Origin: Octopus vulgaris
Lineage: Eukaryota
Length of the DNA: 64,000 nucleotides
Assembly (NCBI GenBank): GCA_951406725.2
Contig: OX597819.1
Location: 89,838,001-89,902,000 of the forward strand
Direction: 5' to 3'
In this document: positions 27,448 through 40,632 of the stretch, piece by piece
Layout of the letters: each line of letters begins with the position of its first letter
Numbering within the stretch: position 1 is the stretch's first letter
Notes under the pieces: generated by a model
Database searches by the model: none
What the model was told of the DNA's origin: nothing
The model's input: only the letters and a program-made list of their open reading frames with translations
Translations under genes and position numbers: made by a program

Positions 27448-28158
27448 TCTCAAATCACACTCTATTGTATTAAAGAAGAAAAGGCACTTGAGACAATAAA
27501 GTCTTAGATATGCAAATAATATGGACCCCTCTGATCATGGGTCTGCTCATTCAGAGCTACTCAGGGTTAACCAACAACTTAGCCGTGTATTCTCATCCAC
27601 CCTTACGGTTTTGTGGTGCCCAAGTACCTTGGCGATGGAAACAGTTTTTGCACTGGTGAGGAATACAGAACACTTGCAGTTCAGCTAGCACACCAACATG
27701 TTATTGGCACAACCAGCTGTAACTGTTTTTTTCTTGAATATAATCATTCAGATGTAAGGAGGATGGCATTCATTGTAAATAATGTTAAGTCTGCAGTGAA
27801 ATTATCTTCACGGCAGAAAAAAATAAACAAATGGAATTTCTTGTTGATGAAATGTAATTGTATTTCTAGTGTTATCTCTTCACACAAGTTAGAGGCAAAA
27901 AAGAAAGCAAACAGCGCTATTGGATTACATTACTGGATTATACAGATACACAGTAGAATTTTCTTTTTTACTGGTTTAAAAAAAAAATTCAGTAACATTA
28001 CCTTTTCAAGTCATGCTGACTCAGAAGGGCCAGTTTCCCGTTTTCATGTATGTATGTATTCTACACCTGGATGGGACACTGGTCCATTGCAGATTTTTTA
28101 CTGGTTTAATCAGGAAGAAAAGGGAGACACCTATAGCCTCCACAGACTGTTAGATATA

Positions 28159-28614
28159 TGAGGTGGTATCAAAAGGCTCCCACACGAATTATGTTTAATA
28201 AAAAAATAATTTATTTACCAGGGTTGACACTCGTGGCATGTCTTCCAGATTGCTCATCATCTTTCAGGGACATTCTTCCGCTTTTGAAGTATCCATGCTA
28301 CTTGAAAACTTGTGTACAACCCATTGCTTTGTTGCCATAAGCTTGCCAAAGCATGCTCAATGTCCCTGTAGCAGACCTCCCAATTTCATGTTGGCACTTT
28401 GTTCCAATTTGCTGTCCATGAAAAAAATCATGGACTAGAGCATACATGTGATCACAAAAACACAAATATTACAACTTGTGAAGCAAACACAACAATGCCA
28501 CTCAGCACACTGCCTCATGAAGGTCATTGTTAGCTCTCACTGTACACACAACCATGGGCTGCAATCTGTTGGCACAATACAGAACTAGTCCAGGAATCTT
28601 TTGATACCACCTCA
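28159..28614 (-). mobile_element. Mariner deletion derivative (MITE) with TA TSD
   Basis: TIRs TA|TGAGGTGGTATCAAAAG ... CTTTTGATACCACCTCA|TA. Internal - strand remnant of a mariner N-terminus (LWQAYGNKAMGCTQVFK..FKSGRMSLKDDEQSGR). Confidence 0.85.
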
Positions 28615-29074
28615 TATATCCAGCATCTGTAAGCTGGTGTCCATAGGAAAAATGTGTTTTGTTTAAGCCCTTTTCTCCCTATGGAGCATAGGCTATCAAT
28701 GACTTTGTCCCTCTGTTCTCAACTCCAGGCTCTCTGTTTTGCTTCTTTCTAGTTGGATCCCTGCTTTTTCAGCTCTGCCTTGTTATCCTGCTGCATATGT
28801 CTCTCTGAGGGAAGGCCTTCTTCTTCCAAGGCTTGTTGGTTTCATATTGTTATCAATGTGTCTATAACTTTGGCCCTGCACAAACCCATTTTTACTTCTG
28901 GGAAGAGATGGTCCATATTAGTCTGGCCTCTGTCCTTTGACCTGTCCAGCAAAAAAAGCCCTTCCAGAAGCTCATGCTCTGCTAGGATAACTCTCAGGGT
29001 CATTGTGGCACACAAGGTAGCACATCACAACAAGGATGGAACTTTGTGACTGATTGGTAAAAATGTAGATCGAG

Positions 29075-29498
29075 TGAGATAGTTGCCAGAGCAACAAGCT
29101 GACCTCCGTGCCGATGGCACATTAAAAACACCATTCAAGCATGATTGTTACCTGTGTCACCTTACCAGCACTTGTGCTGGTGGAACATGAAAAAACATTC
29201 AAGCGAGGTCGTTGCCAGTGCCGCTGGACTGGGTCCTGTGCAGGTGACACATAAAAAGCACCATTTGAGCGTGGTCATTGCCAGTACCGCCTGACTGGCC
29301 CTCGTGCCAGTGGCACGTAAAAGCACCCACTACACTCTCGGAGTAGTTGGCATTAGGAAGGGCATCCAACTGTAGAAACTCTGCCAGATCAGATTGGAGT
29401 CTGGTGCAGCCATCTGGTTTGCCAGTCCTCAGTCAAATCGTCCAACCCATGCTAGCATGGAAAGCGGACATTAAACGCTTATGATGATGATGATGATG
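29075..29498 (+). mobile_element. RTE-LINE 3'UTR-derived repeat with internal ~60-bp tandem subunits and (GAT)n tail
   Basis: GCCAGTG..GGCACGTAAAAGCACC subunits, then GGTTGGCATTAGGAAGGGCATCC...CCAACCCATGCTAGCATGGAAAGCGGAC.TTAAA and (GAT)n. Copies near 30395-30777, 31890-32122, 36930-37245, 39880-40457, 49920-50095. Confidence 0.75.
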
Positions 29499-29854
29499 TA
29501 GGTAGCTAGAAATTCTAGAAGGTTGACATTCTGGAAAAGAACAGATGATGAAAAAGTAGTAAGTAAAAGGACCTGAGTTATAGTATTGGTGATGAAAAGA
29601 GGAAAGCCGGGTATGTCTGATTAGAGATGGTATACAACCTGCAAGTTCAGACAGGACACCTTTGACATAGTCTCACCTGTCAGGAATAGTTCATAGATTT
29701 TCTGGAAAAATGATTCAATTCATTAATAAATACTTCAAATAACAAAAATGTCAATAAAGTGATTGCTGCTGCTGCTGCTGATGATGATGATGTCATTGCT
29801 GCTGCTACTACTTCTACTACTATTGCTGCCATCACTGCTGCTGTTGTTGTTTAA

Positions 29855-30076
29855 CCCTTTCATTACCGTATTTATTTTGAGATGCTCTGTGTTTCATTCA
29901 ATTAATTTTAAATATAACAAAGAATTTAGTAAAAGAACTTAGTTATCATTAAGCTAGTATTAGGAATATAAATTGTGACTAAGGTTTGGTGGAAGATTTT
30001 AATTCAATACTTATGAAAACAAGACATTTGTACTACAGAGCCAGAGGCAGTTTTGGCCGGGTTGGTAACAAAAGGG
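29855..30076. mobile_element. piggyBac-type MITE (TTAA TSD)
   Basis: TTAA|CCCTTTCATTACC ... GGTAACAAAAGGG|TTAA; inverted second copy at 62148-62367. Confidence 0.85.
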
Positions 30077-30805
30077 TTAACTCCCAAATCACTCCTGATC
30101 AAACAGACCCCTGTTCCAGCTATGGCCATTCTGTCTTTTATTAACACATAAATTTATATTCAATGTGTACATCTCTTTTTTTTTTCTTTAAGACATGAGT
30201 ATGTAATATGGGGTAAGTGTTGCTATAGGTGCAGGCATAGCTGTGTCATTAAGAAGCTTGCTTTGCAATGTGGTTTTCAGTTCAGTCTCACTGCGCAACA
30301 CCTTAGGCAAGTGTCTTTTACTACAGCTACAGGCTGACCAATGCTTTGTGAATGAATATAATTAATGCAAGCTGTGTGGAAGCCCATCTACATCAAGCCA
30401 CATGAAATCGTTGGTGTGGCTGATGCCAGTGTTGCAGAACTGGTACCTGTGCCGATAACACGTGAAAAGCACCCTCCAAACTTTGGGCCTCACAGAGGCA
30501 GTGACAAGTGACCAAGACCTTTGGCAATACCCCATGCTTGAGAAGACATGTCAAGCCCGGTGAGATCATAGTTATGGCCAATGCTGGTGTTTTGTAATTG
30601 GCAAGTAAAAAGCACCCACTACATGCCAGGAGTGATTGGCACTAGGATGGGCATCCAGTGCTAGAAACCATGCCAAATCAGATTGGAACCTGGTGCAGCT
30701 CACCAGCTTAACAGTTTTTAGTGAAACCATCCAACCCATGCCAGCATGGAAAACAGACATTAAATGATGATGATGATATATGGTGTCCTGTACTCATATA
30801 TGCAT

Positions 30806-31890
30806 GTATATGTACATGTAGAGGTAGGTACGTACATATATGTTTATATATATGCATATGTTTTATTTCATTTATTAATATATTATATGACTAAACGCAC
30901 GCACCCCCTTAAGTAAGATTGTTCTGTATATCAAGTTTTGGTCTTGATATTAACTCTGACGCGCACTCTTCACCTTTCTGTCCCATCCCTATTCTTTGAT
31001 TTTCTTTTTCCTCTACTTAACTTGTCTCTTCCTCTCTCTCTCATTCTTCACTCTCTCTCTCCCCCTCACCATTCTTCATGGTTTCCTCGCAGCCATTCCC
31101 CTTCTTCTCTCCCTTCCTCTTGCTCCTCCTCCCCCTTCCCGTCGTCCACCCGCGACGATACTTCCGCTCTGACTGTCTTTCTGGCCTGGCCTTTCAAGGT
31201 AACTGGACGACATTCTTCCTGCTCCCCTGTCATTCACAAAAAATTCTGCGTTTGCAATACTTTTTTCGTTCGGCATCAACAGCCCTTCTTATCTTGTTTT
31301 TCCCTGTCCTGTCTTTTACTGTTTATATTTTTGTACTGTCATTACTGTCCTGTTTTTTTACCATTTTTTTTACCATTTTTTACCCCTCTGCGAAAAGATC
31401 TCAGAATTTTAATTGATTTGCTTTTCGCAGTAAGGAAAGTTTCTTGTCGAAGATACGTCTCGCTTTTATCCTTCGAAACGTAGAGTAGATGAAACCATAG
31501 CGACTGAAGAAGGGGTTTTTTCTTTGTGTTAATTGTCCTGTACTCCATTTTTTTGTTGTTTTTAAAAAATGTCCAGTTCCTTTGGTTTGTGTCTATGTTT
31601 TCGTTTCTCTTTGTGTATATGTACATGTAGAGGTAGGTACGTACATATATGTTTATATATATGCATATGTTTTATTTCATTTATTAATATATATATATAT
31701 ATATATATACCTACACATTTTTTTTCTCATTCTATTTCTTCATTCTCTCTCCATTTATTTTTTTCCTCTCATCTCTTTCTGTCGAAGAGCACAGGCTCGA
31801 AACATCAAAGACTTCCCCATTCTTCCCGAGTGTTAAACTAATACACCTGTTCGTTGTTTGTTCACTTGTCTTCATTTTTAGTTTTCTGTA
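30806..31890 (+). mobile_element. Non-coding Penelope-related terminal-repeat element
   Basis: ~77-bp exact direct repeat (about 30806-30882 and 31615-31692). The 3' end CTGTCGAAGAGCACAGGCTCGAAAC..AAAGACTT...ACTAATACA matches the terminus of the Penelope copy at 18740-18880. Confidence 0.65.
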
Positions 31891-32227
31891 GCACCATTCG
31901 AGCATGTTCGGTGCTAGTGCCCCCTGACTGGCTCCCATGCTTGTAGCATGTAAAAGGCACCCACTACACTCTTGGAGTGGTTGGCATTAGAAAAGACATC
32001 CAGCTGTAGAAACCTTGCCAGATCAGATTGGAGCCTGGTGCAGCCTCCTGGCTTGCCAGTCCTCAATCAAATTGTACAACTCATGCCAGCATGGGAAGCA
32101 GACATTAAATGATGATGATGATATATATGTATATATATATAATATGTGTGTGTCTGTGTGACTAATTTGATAAGTGTCAACACACAAAACTCTTGGACCT
32201 TGAGTGACTCTGTTAACTCTGCTAAAT

Positions 32228-32278
<51 letters not shown>

Positions 32279-32701
32279 TACATACATACATACATACATG
32301 TATACATACATACATGCACACATACATACATACATACATACATACATACATTTATACTTACACCCACCTCCCCGAAATACCACTACCACTTGACAACTGG
32401 TGTCAGTTTGTTTACATCCCTGTAACTTAACAGTTCAGCAAGAGAGACCAAGAGAATAAGTACCAAGCTTAAAATATAAGTACTAGCATTGATTTGTCCG
32501 AGGCTCCAGTGCTCCAGCATTGCTGCAGTCCTATAAATGAATGAAGTAAAAAATAAAAGATAAAGCTAATGTCTTTTCTTCACCTCATACTTATTCCCAA
32601 TTAGATTTTATAATCCTCACTTCACTAAATATGTTAACATTAACTTAACTATTTGCACATCTTTAGCCATGGGATTGGAATTTAAACCATATATCATGAT
32701 A

Positions 32702-33092
32702 AACACAGGCATAGCTGTGGTAAGAAACTTGCTTCCCAACCACATAGTTCTTAGTTCAGCCCCACTGTGTGGCACCTTGGGCAAGTGTCTTCTACTATAT
32801 CCTCAGGCTGACCAAAGCCTTGTGAGTGGATTTGGTAGACGGAAACTGAAAGAAGCTCATCATATATATATGTGTGTGTGTTTGTGTCTGTGTTTATACC
32901 CCCTTCCATCACTTGACAACCGATGTTGGTGTGTCTACATCTCTGTAACTTAGCGGTTCAGCAAAAGTGACTGATAGAATAAATACCAAGCTTACAAAAG
33001 AATACGTCCAGGGGTTGATTTCTTTGACTAAAAAACAGTGCTCCAGCATGGCTACAGTCAAAATGACTGAAACAAGTAAAAGAATCAAAGAA
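32702..33092 (+). mobile_element. Full-length tRNA-derived SINE (OR/OK-like family)
   Basis: Head GCTGTGGTAAGAAACTTGCTTCCCAACCAC, central (TG)n, tail GTGCTCCAGCATGGCTACAGTCAAATGACTGAAAC. Confidence 0.85.
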
Positions 33093-33174
33093 TTCAGTCT
33101 AATAATTTTGTTGTTGTAGATTAGGGATGTCTTCAATAATGATAGCTTCTTCATCATCACCATCATCATCATCA

Positions 33175-34151
33175 TCTATAATAACAAATGCGAAAGCGAA
33201 TGTTAGAGTGTCACACTTTTTCAACTTTACTCCTCCGACCCCTTCTCTCAATATTCAATGACTCTTCCACTATTCTCCAGTCTTGATTCTTTCTTAATCC
33301 TAACATTTTGAAAAAAATCTTTCTCTAAATATTATAACTGTATCAAGTAATTTAACCATAACACGAGCTTCATAACATTCGAAACTGAAATACATATTGA
33401 GCTCACTCTCTCATACAGTATTACCTCTCATAACTCTCTACCATAAAAATGTTGAAAACTTAGTATTTTTTCAGATATTAATAAAATTTGTCAGACCTAT
33501 TTTCATGCCGTCAGCCTTTGGAGTTATGGAAACTTAGCACATTCCGACTGCATGAAAATTTTATTATTACCTTAAAAAATTCTAAAACATACTAAATTTC
33601 AAAGCTCTTTATGATCATATATGTTTAGAGCAATTCCAAACCATAAAAATCGCATTTTAAAATAGTGTTTAGCGACAGTGGTGTAATTTTACTTCAAACT
33701 ACGAACAGGAATTTAGATACATACCAGCCACTATAAATAATTGTTTGTATGAAAAGTAAGACCCTACATACGACAAATTGTTTTTAAATTAAGTGGCGTC
33801 AAAAGAATTATCGTTGAACTTTTAAAAGGTAAGTTTATTGTTGCCTATGGCCAGCTATATGCTGGTTGTTCAAGGATAGGGAATGGAAACAAGCTATTTG
33901 TACTGACCCCAAAATGGGAAGACAAAATATGTTGTTTATCGTGTAGCTTTGCAATAAGTTCCAAGCCAACAAATTATATCATTGTTTTTTTTTTTATGAA
34001 AATTGTTCATTGCTTGAAAAATATTGTTCAAGTTTAATAAAATTTAATATGTACTCAATGCATAAAGTGTCATTGTTGGGCCCAAGACCGATGGGTAGCC
34101 CTTCACAGGAGTTAGCTTAAAAGATACCCTGTTGGGTGGCTTTTAATCTAG
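33175..34151 (+). mobile_element. Non-autonomous Helitron retaining the helicase C-terminus
   Basis: A|TCTATAATAACAAATGCG 5' end and CTAG|T 3' end. About 33845-33957 translates (one frameshift) as YGQLYAGCSRIG..LFVL..GKTKYVVYRVALQ*, matching the Helitron PIF1 helicase end HGQLYVAxSRV...TxNVVY. Confidence 0.8.
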
Positions 34152-34159
34152 TTTACAAT

Positions 34160-34432
34160 AATGTCATCACTGTCATTATTATTTACATTATCATCATCAT
34201 CAGCATCATTTACAACATAATCACTATTATCATCATCATCATCAATATCAGCATCATCATCATAGTCATCATCACCATCGTCACCATTATCATTAATATA
34301 AATGGCAGTGTTTTCATCATCATTATTATCATCATCATCATCACTACCACTATTAACATCAACTAGGTGGCAGTGTTGATGATGATGATGATGATGATAA
34401 CATTGCTACCTGTGTTGATAATGATGATGATA
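34160..34432. repeat. (CAT)n/(GAT)n degenerate trinucleotide repeats
   Basis: Direct reading. Confidence 0.85.
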
Positions 34433-34442
34433 AAGACACATA

Positions 34443-35020
34443 CAAGGGTGGGCTGAAAAGTTCATATGTTGATTATGAAGGAGTGATGCTAGATGTGTGA
34501 AATCTTACACACATGAAATTCATCTCTTCTTATCAATAACTATATTGTTTTCTTTTCAGGTAAACTGACATCTGACTGTTCAAAGAAGACTTCAAAAGTA
34601 ACTAGTAGCGACTTCGATTGAAAATCAAACCAAACACCCAGGAAGATTGACAAAAGGGGCCTTGTTTCATTGGGGCAATGCTCCAGCACACAAGTCCTTA
34701 GTTTCAATGTCTGCTGTGCATGACTGTCTTTGAACTGGTCGATCACCCTCCATATTCTCCTGATTTGGCCCCATCTTACTTATCATCTATTTCCCATCTT
34801 GAGAAAACACTTGGCTGGGGATTGAACCAGTATCACAGTGATGATGTTATATCTGCTGTTGATGACTTCTTTGAGCAACAGGATGAAAGCTCTTTCACCA
34901 ATAGGATCCAAGCACTGCAACTCCAGTGTAAGGGTGGAGATTATGTTGAAAAATAAACCTTAACTGGTCACGTTACATGAGAGTAGCTTGGTCAACCTGG
35001 AACATTTCAGCTAACTCTCA
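34443..35020 (+). mobile_element. Mariner deletion derivative
   Basis: TA|CAAGGGTGGGCTGAAAAGTTC ... GAACATTTCAGCTAACTCTCA|TA; encodes HPPYSPDLAPS and ..GGDYVEK*. Confidence 0.85.
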
Positions 35021-35731
35021 TACAGATAATGAAAATGTCAATGATAATTACAGTGGCAATGACAACAACACTAATTTAATGTCTACAGGCACAATCTAAC
35101 AGCTAACATATTCAAAATAGTGTGCAGCTGTTTCACTCTGAATTGGAACATCAATTTACTGAGAGAATGAAAGCAGTTTTGTATGACTAACCTATCATTT
35201 GCACTGAAATGCACTGGAATGAACCAGATCAACTTTCACTGTACTTTAACTCCAGTGTCAGCTCTGATAGATGATACTGTCTCCTTTGGTATGTCATTGA
35301 TACAAGCTTATTTACACCTGTACATGTCTTCACCTGCATTACTACAATGTTTATGAGTTGTTATTGTCATTATTGCTAATGTTGTTTTCTTTATTGCTGT
35401 TGCTGCTGCTTATCCAAACTCAGTTCTGATTGAACAAATCTGTGACCAAAACTGTTCGGATTAGTATTTTATAATTCATTATCTAAAGTTTCTTCTTTTC
35501 CTTTTATGCTTTTTTTTTTCCAAGCTCGTAGGGTGGTTGTGTGGTTGAGAAGTTTGCTTCCCAACCACATAGTTTTGAGTTCAATCCCACTGCATGACAC
35601 CTTGGGGAAAGTATCTTCTACTATAGCCCAGGCTGATCAAAGCCTTGTGAGTGGGTTTAGTAGATGGGAACTGATAGACACTCACTATTTATATATATAT
35701 TTATTTGTATACACACACACACACACATATA

Positions 35732-36596
35732 CAGGGTGCAGTGAAGAAATTGTCATCTAAATTACACAAAAATGAAAATAACACTGACATCTCATTTTAA
35801 CAGATATATTTACCAAAATTACCTAAAAATATCTTGAAATACTAAAGAGTAAATTTATTCAATAAAATCACCATTGGATTCAACCACAGCCTACAGACGA
35901 CTTTGGAATCTCCTGCAACTCTTCTGGACAGTCTCCTCGTTTAAGTTGGTGAATGCTGCCATAATTCTTGCCTTCAGTTCATCTTTGGTGTTTGAAGGAG
36001 TTCTGTTGGTCTCTCACTCAACTGCACCCCACATATAATAAAGGGGATTGTGGTCTGGGGAGTTAGGTAGCCAGATGTTAGAGGTGATGTGATCACAGAA
36101 ATTGTCTGACAGCCATGACTGGGTTCTCCTGTTTGCGTGCCAGATATAGGGTCTTCCAGCAGCCACCCTCTTGACCCAGGGCGCCACTACCTCCTTCATG
36201 CACTTGATGTAGGCCTCCATGTTGAGTCTGAGGCCTTATGGGAAGATGGATGGAGGCATAGCATCACCATCACTAGTGATTACTCCAAATACCATGATGT
36301 TGACTGGACATTTGATTTTTATCACTCTCAATACATGTCCTCAGAATGCACTGTCCTCAGATTGACATCCAGATTCTCTGAAATGTTCGTATTGGAGCTT
36401 CCAGTGCAAATGCCAAGTAGTACAGCATGTCAATTCCAAGTTTCTGGCAGAGTGAATTGCGTCATGGTGCTGCTTTTCTCACAGACAGTACCCAACTGAC
36501 CCTACTATACTGTGTAGTTGACAAAATAAAAAGCAAACAATGCACATGTGCAAAATAAAAAATATTAAATGGCAACAATTTAGCCATCACACCCTG
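35732..36596 (-). mobile_element. Tc1/mariner-superfamily (maT/DD37D-like) deletion derivative
   Basis: TA|CAGGGTG ... CACCCTG|TA; - strand YIKCMKEVVAPWV...TQSWLSDNF...WLPNSPDHNPL..MWGAVE. Confidence 0.85.
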
Positions 36597-37429
36597 TATA
36601 TGGAGGTGATGTATATGTGTGCTTGCTCCTCCTTGTCTTGACATTGTATAGTTGTAAATGTGTATGTCACTGTCATACAAGCTGTGTCATTCATTTTCAA
36701 TATTCTGCCAGAGCATGTCTGGTCATGGGGAGATATTACCTTACATAAAAACAGATGGGAGTTGGTGACAAGAAGGGCGTCAGTCATTAAAATATCTGCC
36801 TCAATAAGCTCTGTCCGATCCATGCAAGCATGGAAAAGGAAATGTTAATACGATGATGATGATGATGATGAAGTAGGGTGTTATTTGAAAAAGCAACAGA
36901 ACTGAGATCTTAAAACCACATAAAAAGCTTTAGTGTGGGCATTGATGTCATGTAAAAAGCACTGATGCTGGTGCCACATAAAAAGAAGCACTGGTGCTGA
37001 TACCACGTAGCAAGCACTGGTGCCAATGTTATGTAAGAAAGCACTAGTGTTGGCACCATGTAAACAGCATTGGTACTGGTGCCTAGTGCACTCTGTAAAG
37101 TGGTTAGCTTTAGGAAGGGCATCCAGCCATGAAAACCACGCTAAAACAGACTATGGATCCTGGTGCAGCCCCTGGCCTTGCCAATTCCTGTCAAGCCATC
37201 CAACCCATGCTAGCATGGAAAACGGACATCAAATGATGATGATAATCATGATTGACAACTTAGAAACACATTGATTTGTATTATTGTTGTTATTGTTCTT
37301 ATTCTTGCACCATTGTTGCTGTTGCTATTCAGATGATATAACCTTTGTCAGATATTCTCAAAAATCAAGACCTCTAATAGTCAACCAAATTATGTCCACC
37401 TTCCCTTCAAATGACCAATGCTGTTTTAA

Positions 37430-37649
37430 CTTTTTAGCATTCAGATTACTCTGTCAAATGTAATGCTTATTTATTCACATTGTTTTGAATTAAGCATCCA
37501 TTATCTCACTGCTTTGAGATTTCAATAATGGGATTGTTCATTTATAGAAAGACATTGTAGGGTGGATGTGGCAGGCCAGGTCTGGCCAGTTTGAACATAA
37601 AACAGGTAGAATATTTGGGCTAGATATGTCCAGTTTAAATGCCAAATGA
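37430..37649. mobile_element. TTAA-flanked MITE, second family
   Basis: TTAA|CTTTTTAGCATTCAGA ... TTTAAATGCCAAATGA|TTAA; same family at 61500-61720. Confidence 0.75.
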
Positions 37650-37971
37650 TTAAGATATGAGCAAATGTGATAATTACCCAAGGGTTCCTCAAATCGAGGG
37701 TCCATGATGCATTGCTTCAGCCCAGGAGATAAGATATTGTTAAGATGGTCCTGCAATGATCTATCAAAAATGCTAAGACATGTAATTACAAAGTGGACAG
37801 TAAATTTAATGTAAAATGTTCAGGTTGTCATACTAAATAATGTAATTTAACCTACAGCTACTTTCTTCCCAGTACTTATAATTTTTAGCTCTGATGCTTA
37901 TTCTATTCATCCCCTTTGCTGAACCACTAAGTTACAGGATATAAACAAACCAAATAATCATACATATATGC

Positions 37972-38013
<42 letters not shown>

Positions 38014-38078
38014 ATAAGCATAACATATATTTTGATAAGCATAACATATATAAGCATAATATATATTTTGATAAGCAT

Positions 38079-38121
<43 letters not shown>

Positions 38122-38213
38122 ATAAGCATAACAAATGCGCAACCGGTAAAAGAACATTCACCTAATTAAATTACTTAAATTACTTCAATTATTTGTCAGC
38201 ATTTTCTTCATTT

Positions 38214-38365
<152 letters not shown>

Positions 38366-38391
38366 TAATTATTATCTTTTGCAAGTTTCAA

Positions 38392-38672
38392 TCATGAGAC
38401 TGCAACCATGCTGGAGTATCACCTTCAAGATTTTTTAGTTGTAGGAATCAATTCTAGTACTTATGTTTTTTTAAGCCTTGTACCTATTCCATCAGTCTCT
38501 TTTGCAAAACTGCTAAGTTACTGGCTGTCAAGTAGTGGTGGGGGACAAACAAAGGCACATAGTCTGGGGCTCCAATAGAAGACATTTGCTCAAGGTACCA
38601 TGCAGTTGAGATTGAACCAAAGACACATGGTTAGGAAGCAAGCTTCTTAACCATACAGCCACACCTGCACCT
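38392..38672 (-). mobile_element. tRNA-derived SINE (OR/OK-like), internally deleted
   Basis: Tail, body and head (GCAAGCTTCTTAACCATACAGCCACACCTGCACCTA) on the - strand. Confidence 0.7.
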
Positions 38673-38797
38673 AAAAAAAAGTGGATGGCTGCTCATGGGA
38701 TTAGAACCCACACCTTCTGTGAAAATAACTGATATGCTACCTTTACACTTTTTATTTGTTTATTATTTGTTTTCTTTTTCTTTTCTTTTTTTCTTAG

Positions 38798-38993
38798 AAT
38801 TCATTGGAAAATGTCAAGAGATTTATTCCGTGCTTTGCAGCCAACGTAGTCCACGTGACCCAGTTGTGGTTCCCACCTCCGATTTAGCCAATGTCCAGTC
38901 AACTCCAGCCAATAATGCACCACCAGCAGATGGCGTTGAAACAGCAAGCTTACTGCGAGCGGTTGGTCATCTTTGCAAGACCAGTAAAATAAG
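38798..38993 (+). CDS. CSTPP1: Internal exon of a CSTPP1/C11orf49 (UPF0705) homologue
   Basis: Long polypyrimidine tract + TAG acceptor, AG|GTAACA donor, phase 1 to 2. (E)FIGKCQEIYSVLCSQRSPRDPVVVPTS...ADGVETASLLRAVGHLCKTSKI aligns with human C11orf49 as recalled from memory (EFLDSVAAIYEDLLSGKNPNTVIVPTS...LEGVEASLFYQCLENLCDRHKY). Confidence 0.88.
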
Positions 38994-38999
38994 GTAACA

Positions 39000-39013
39000 A
39001 CAGTATTAGTAAT

Positions 39014-39081
<68 letters not shown>

Positions 39082-39500
39082 AAGTAGTAGTAGCAGCAGC
39101 AACACTAGTAGTAGTGGTAGCAGTAGCAACACTAGTAGTAGTAGTAGCAGTAGCAACACTAGTAGTAGTAGTAGCAGCAGCAACACTAGTAGTAGTAGTA
39201 GCAGCAGCAACACTAGTAGTAGTGGTAGCAGCAGTAGTAGTAGTAGTAGTAGCAGCAGCAGCAGCAGCAACATTAGTAGTAGTGGTAGCAGCAGCAGTAG
39301 TAGTAGTAGCAGCAGCAGCAATAGTAGCAGCAGCAGCAACACTAGTAGTAGTGGTAGCAGCAGCAGCAGCAGTAGTAGTAGTTGTAGTAGTAGTAGTAGT
39401 AGTGATGGTGGTAATAGTAGTAAAAGTAGTAGTATTGATGATGGTAATGGTAGTTGAAGTATCAATAGTGGTGATGGCACTGGTAGCTGTGGCAGTGGTG
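39000..39500. repeat. (AGT)n/(AGC)n compound trinucleotide repeat with ~30-bp higher-order unit
   Basis: Direct reading; source of the poly-Leu and poly-Val/Ala ORFs. Confidence 0.95.
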
Positions 39501-39674
39501 TGATGTGGAGCCAGTGACAGTGCTGCTTATAAGATATGAACCAGTAACCCTTTTGCTAGTAACCAAATCTCCTATCATCTAAACTGGTCATGGGCAAACT
39601 GTAAACTGTCAGACTTTCTGAATGGCATACCAAATGAAAAATTCAGTTCTATATCTAAGAGATGAGGAATTACA

Positions 39675-39823
39675 TACATTATTTACATTTAACGGATATT
39701 TGTTCTCATCTTGTTTGTTGTTAACACAACGTTTCGGCTGATACACCCTTCAGCCTTCATTAGGTGCCTTGGGGAAATTTCGAACCTGGGTTCTCATTCC
39801 TAAGGTATTTTTCGATGTTGTTG

Positions 39824-39881
<58 letters not shown>

Positions 39882-40429
39882 AAATCGAAGTTGCAGAACC
39901 AAAATCGAAGTCGATCAACATCAATGGAAATTGCAGATGTGATACCAGTGCCGGTGACAAGTAAGCGAACCATCCGATCATGGCCGTTGCCAGCGCCGCC
40001 TCGACTGGCCTCCGTGCCGGTGGCACGTAAAAGCACCATCCGTTCGTGTCCGTTGGCAGCCTTGCCAGGCCCCCGTGCCAGTAGCACATAGCACCATCCG
40101 TTCGTGGCCATTGCCAGCCTCGCCTGACCCCTGTGCTGGTGGCACATAAAAGCACCATCCGTTCGTGGCCGTTGCCAGCCTCGCCTGGCCCCTGTGTCGG
40201 TGGCACGTAAAAAGCACCATCCGTCCGTGGCCGTTTGCCAGCTCCGTCTGGCACCTATGCGGGTGGCACGTAAAAAGCACCCACTACACTCACGGAGTGG
40301 TTGGCGTTAGGAAGGGCATCCAGCTGTAGAAACACTGCCAGATCAGACTGGACCTGATGCAGCCTTCTGGCTTCACAGACCCCAGTTGAACCGTCCAACC
40401 CATGCTAGCATGGAAAGCAGACACTAAAA

Positions 40430-40460
<31 letters not shown>

Positions 40461-40601
40461 CAGGTCACTGCTTGGAATCGGACTCGGAATCTTGGGGTTA
40501 GTAGCCCATGCTCTTAACCACTACACCCACGGGCATATGGCATAGTGGTTAAGAGCGCAGGCTACTAACCCCAAGATTCCGAGTCCGATTCCAAGCAGTG
40601 A

Positions 40602-40632
<31 letters not shown>

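Noticed and set aside
27613-28161. 182-aa ORF
   Set aside because: GTG start, no homology recognised, runs through AT-rich and repeat sequence; consistent with chance
38950-39503. Poly-Leu and poly-Val/Ala ORFs
   Set aside because: Translations of an intronic trinucleotide repeat
40531-40605. tRNA gene
   Set aside because: tRNA-like A/B boxes but no proper acceptor stem and a non-canonical B box; it is the head of a repeat
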